From Pseudomonadota bacterium (GTDB lineage: Bacteria; Bdellovibrionota_C; UBA2361; OMII01): a stretch of DNA of 64,000 bases. Below the pieces are notes generated by a model. The model was not told where the DNA came from. It searched no databases and worked only from the letters and a program-made list of their open reading frames with translations. The DNA is taken from contig JAYPVM010000001.1 in the NCBI GenBank assembly GCA_038134595.1, positions 96,001 to 160,000 on the forward strand, written 5' to 3'. Position numbers and translations under genes: made by a program. Of this stretch, positions 63,357 to 64,000 are shown piece after piece; positions within the stretch are counted from its first letter, which is position 1; the number at the start of each line of letters is the position of its first letter.

Positions 63357-64000
63357 ATGGCTGGATTAAAAGAGATTCGCCGGCGTTTGCGCTCGGTAAA
63401 TAACACGAAGAAGATCACATCAGCGATGAAGCTGGTTTCTGCCGCAAAATTGCGGAAGACGCAGGACGCTGTGGTCAGATCGCGTGACTATGCCACATCG
63501 CTCAAGAGCGTTCTTGCGCTCCTAAGCGGAGGTAACGACTACACGCACCCGTTCTTAGAGCCTCGAAGCGAGGTAAAAAGGGTGCGAGTACTTGTATTGG
63601 GTGGTAATCGCGGACTGTGTGGCGGGTTTAATACGAATATCAATCGCCGGGTTGAGGCTTTGATTAAGGAGTTGAGCCAGAAGCATCCGGGCGCCGAGAT
63701 TTCAAGCGTTCTTGTAGGAAGAAAACCTGCAGAATACTATCGAAGAACCGGCCGCAAATATCTTGAGTCGACGGAAAACGTTGCTGATGATCCTGCAGAA
63801 TGGCCGATTCAGGAGATCTGCCAGCGCCTTGAGGTCGACTATCTTCGCGGAGAGTTCGATGAGCTTTATCTAGTGTATACAAGCTTTAAGTCGGCCATCT
63901 CGACGGTGCCAACTGCAGAGCGGCTAATACCGTTATCGAAGGATTCAGTGTCAATTGAGCCTGGCGATGAAACTTCGAAAGAGGTTTCCGGAACAACGCT
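63357..64000 (+). CDS. atpG: ATP synthase F1 subunit gamma (runs off the window end; not in the ORF track)
   Basis: MAGLKEIRRRLRSVNNTKKITSAMKLVSAAKLRK; RGLCGGFN. Confidence 0.95.
   Translation, partial: MAGLKEIRRRLRSVNNTKKITSAMKLVSAAKLRKTQDAVVRSRDYATSLKSVLALLSGGNDYTHPFLEPRSEVKRVRVLVLGGNRGLCGGFNTNINRRVEALIKELSQKHPGAEISSVLVGRKPAEYYRRTGRKYLESTENVADDPAEWPIQEICQRLEVDYLRGEFDELYLVYTSFKSAISTVPTAERLIPLSKDSVSIEPGDETSKEVSGTT

Overview
A bacterial chromosomal segment that spans the replication origin. Gene content suggests a deltaproteobacteria-like or Bdellovibrionota-type lineage (inference): split ATP synthase operons, parAB-bactofilin, two PrkA paralogues and an A2-type di-heme oxidase. The core is dnaA-[oriC: DnaA boxes, DnaA-trios, AT-rich DUE]-dnaN-recF-gyrB. 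Upstream of dnaA lie a divergent atpB-atpE and a second DnaA-box cluster. Downstream are parA-parB-bactofilin preceded by 12 parS palindromes in about 1.2 kb, prfB with the classic +1 frameshift, and atpF'-atpF-atpH-atpA-atpG (truncated by the window end). The left part holds glycan-modification genes, anmK, a ClC antiporter, an ABC-F ATPase, ogt, a PrkA-SpoVR-YeaH-PrkA cluster and an SCO-ctaCDEF oxidase operon. The most unusual items are: (1) an orphan gene whose 3' end looks like a diversity-generating-retroelement variable region, with no RT or template repeat in the window; (2) an adenosine-deaminase-fold protein fused to a SLOG-like domain, downstream of the PrkA cluster; (3) a rod-like structured element of about 176 nt inside the atp operon; (4) a BioF-fold protein that has lost its PLP-binding residues; (5) an unannotated 40-aa basic ORF; (6) a Pro/Arg-rich protein with repeated GG-C motifs next to a tandem GT2. 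No rRNA, tRNA, CRISPR array or transposase was recognised. All calls come from reading motifs by eye; no searches were run.
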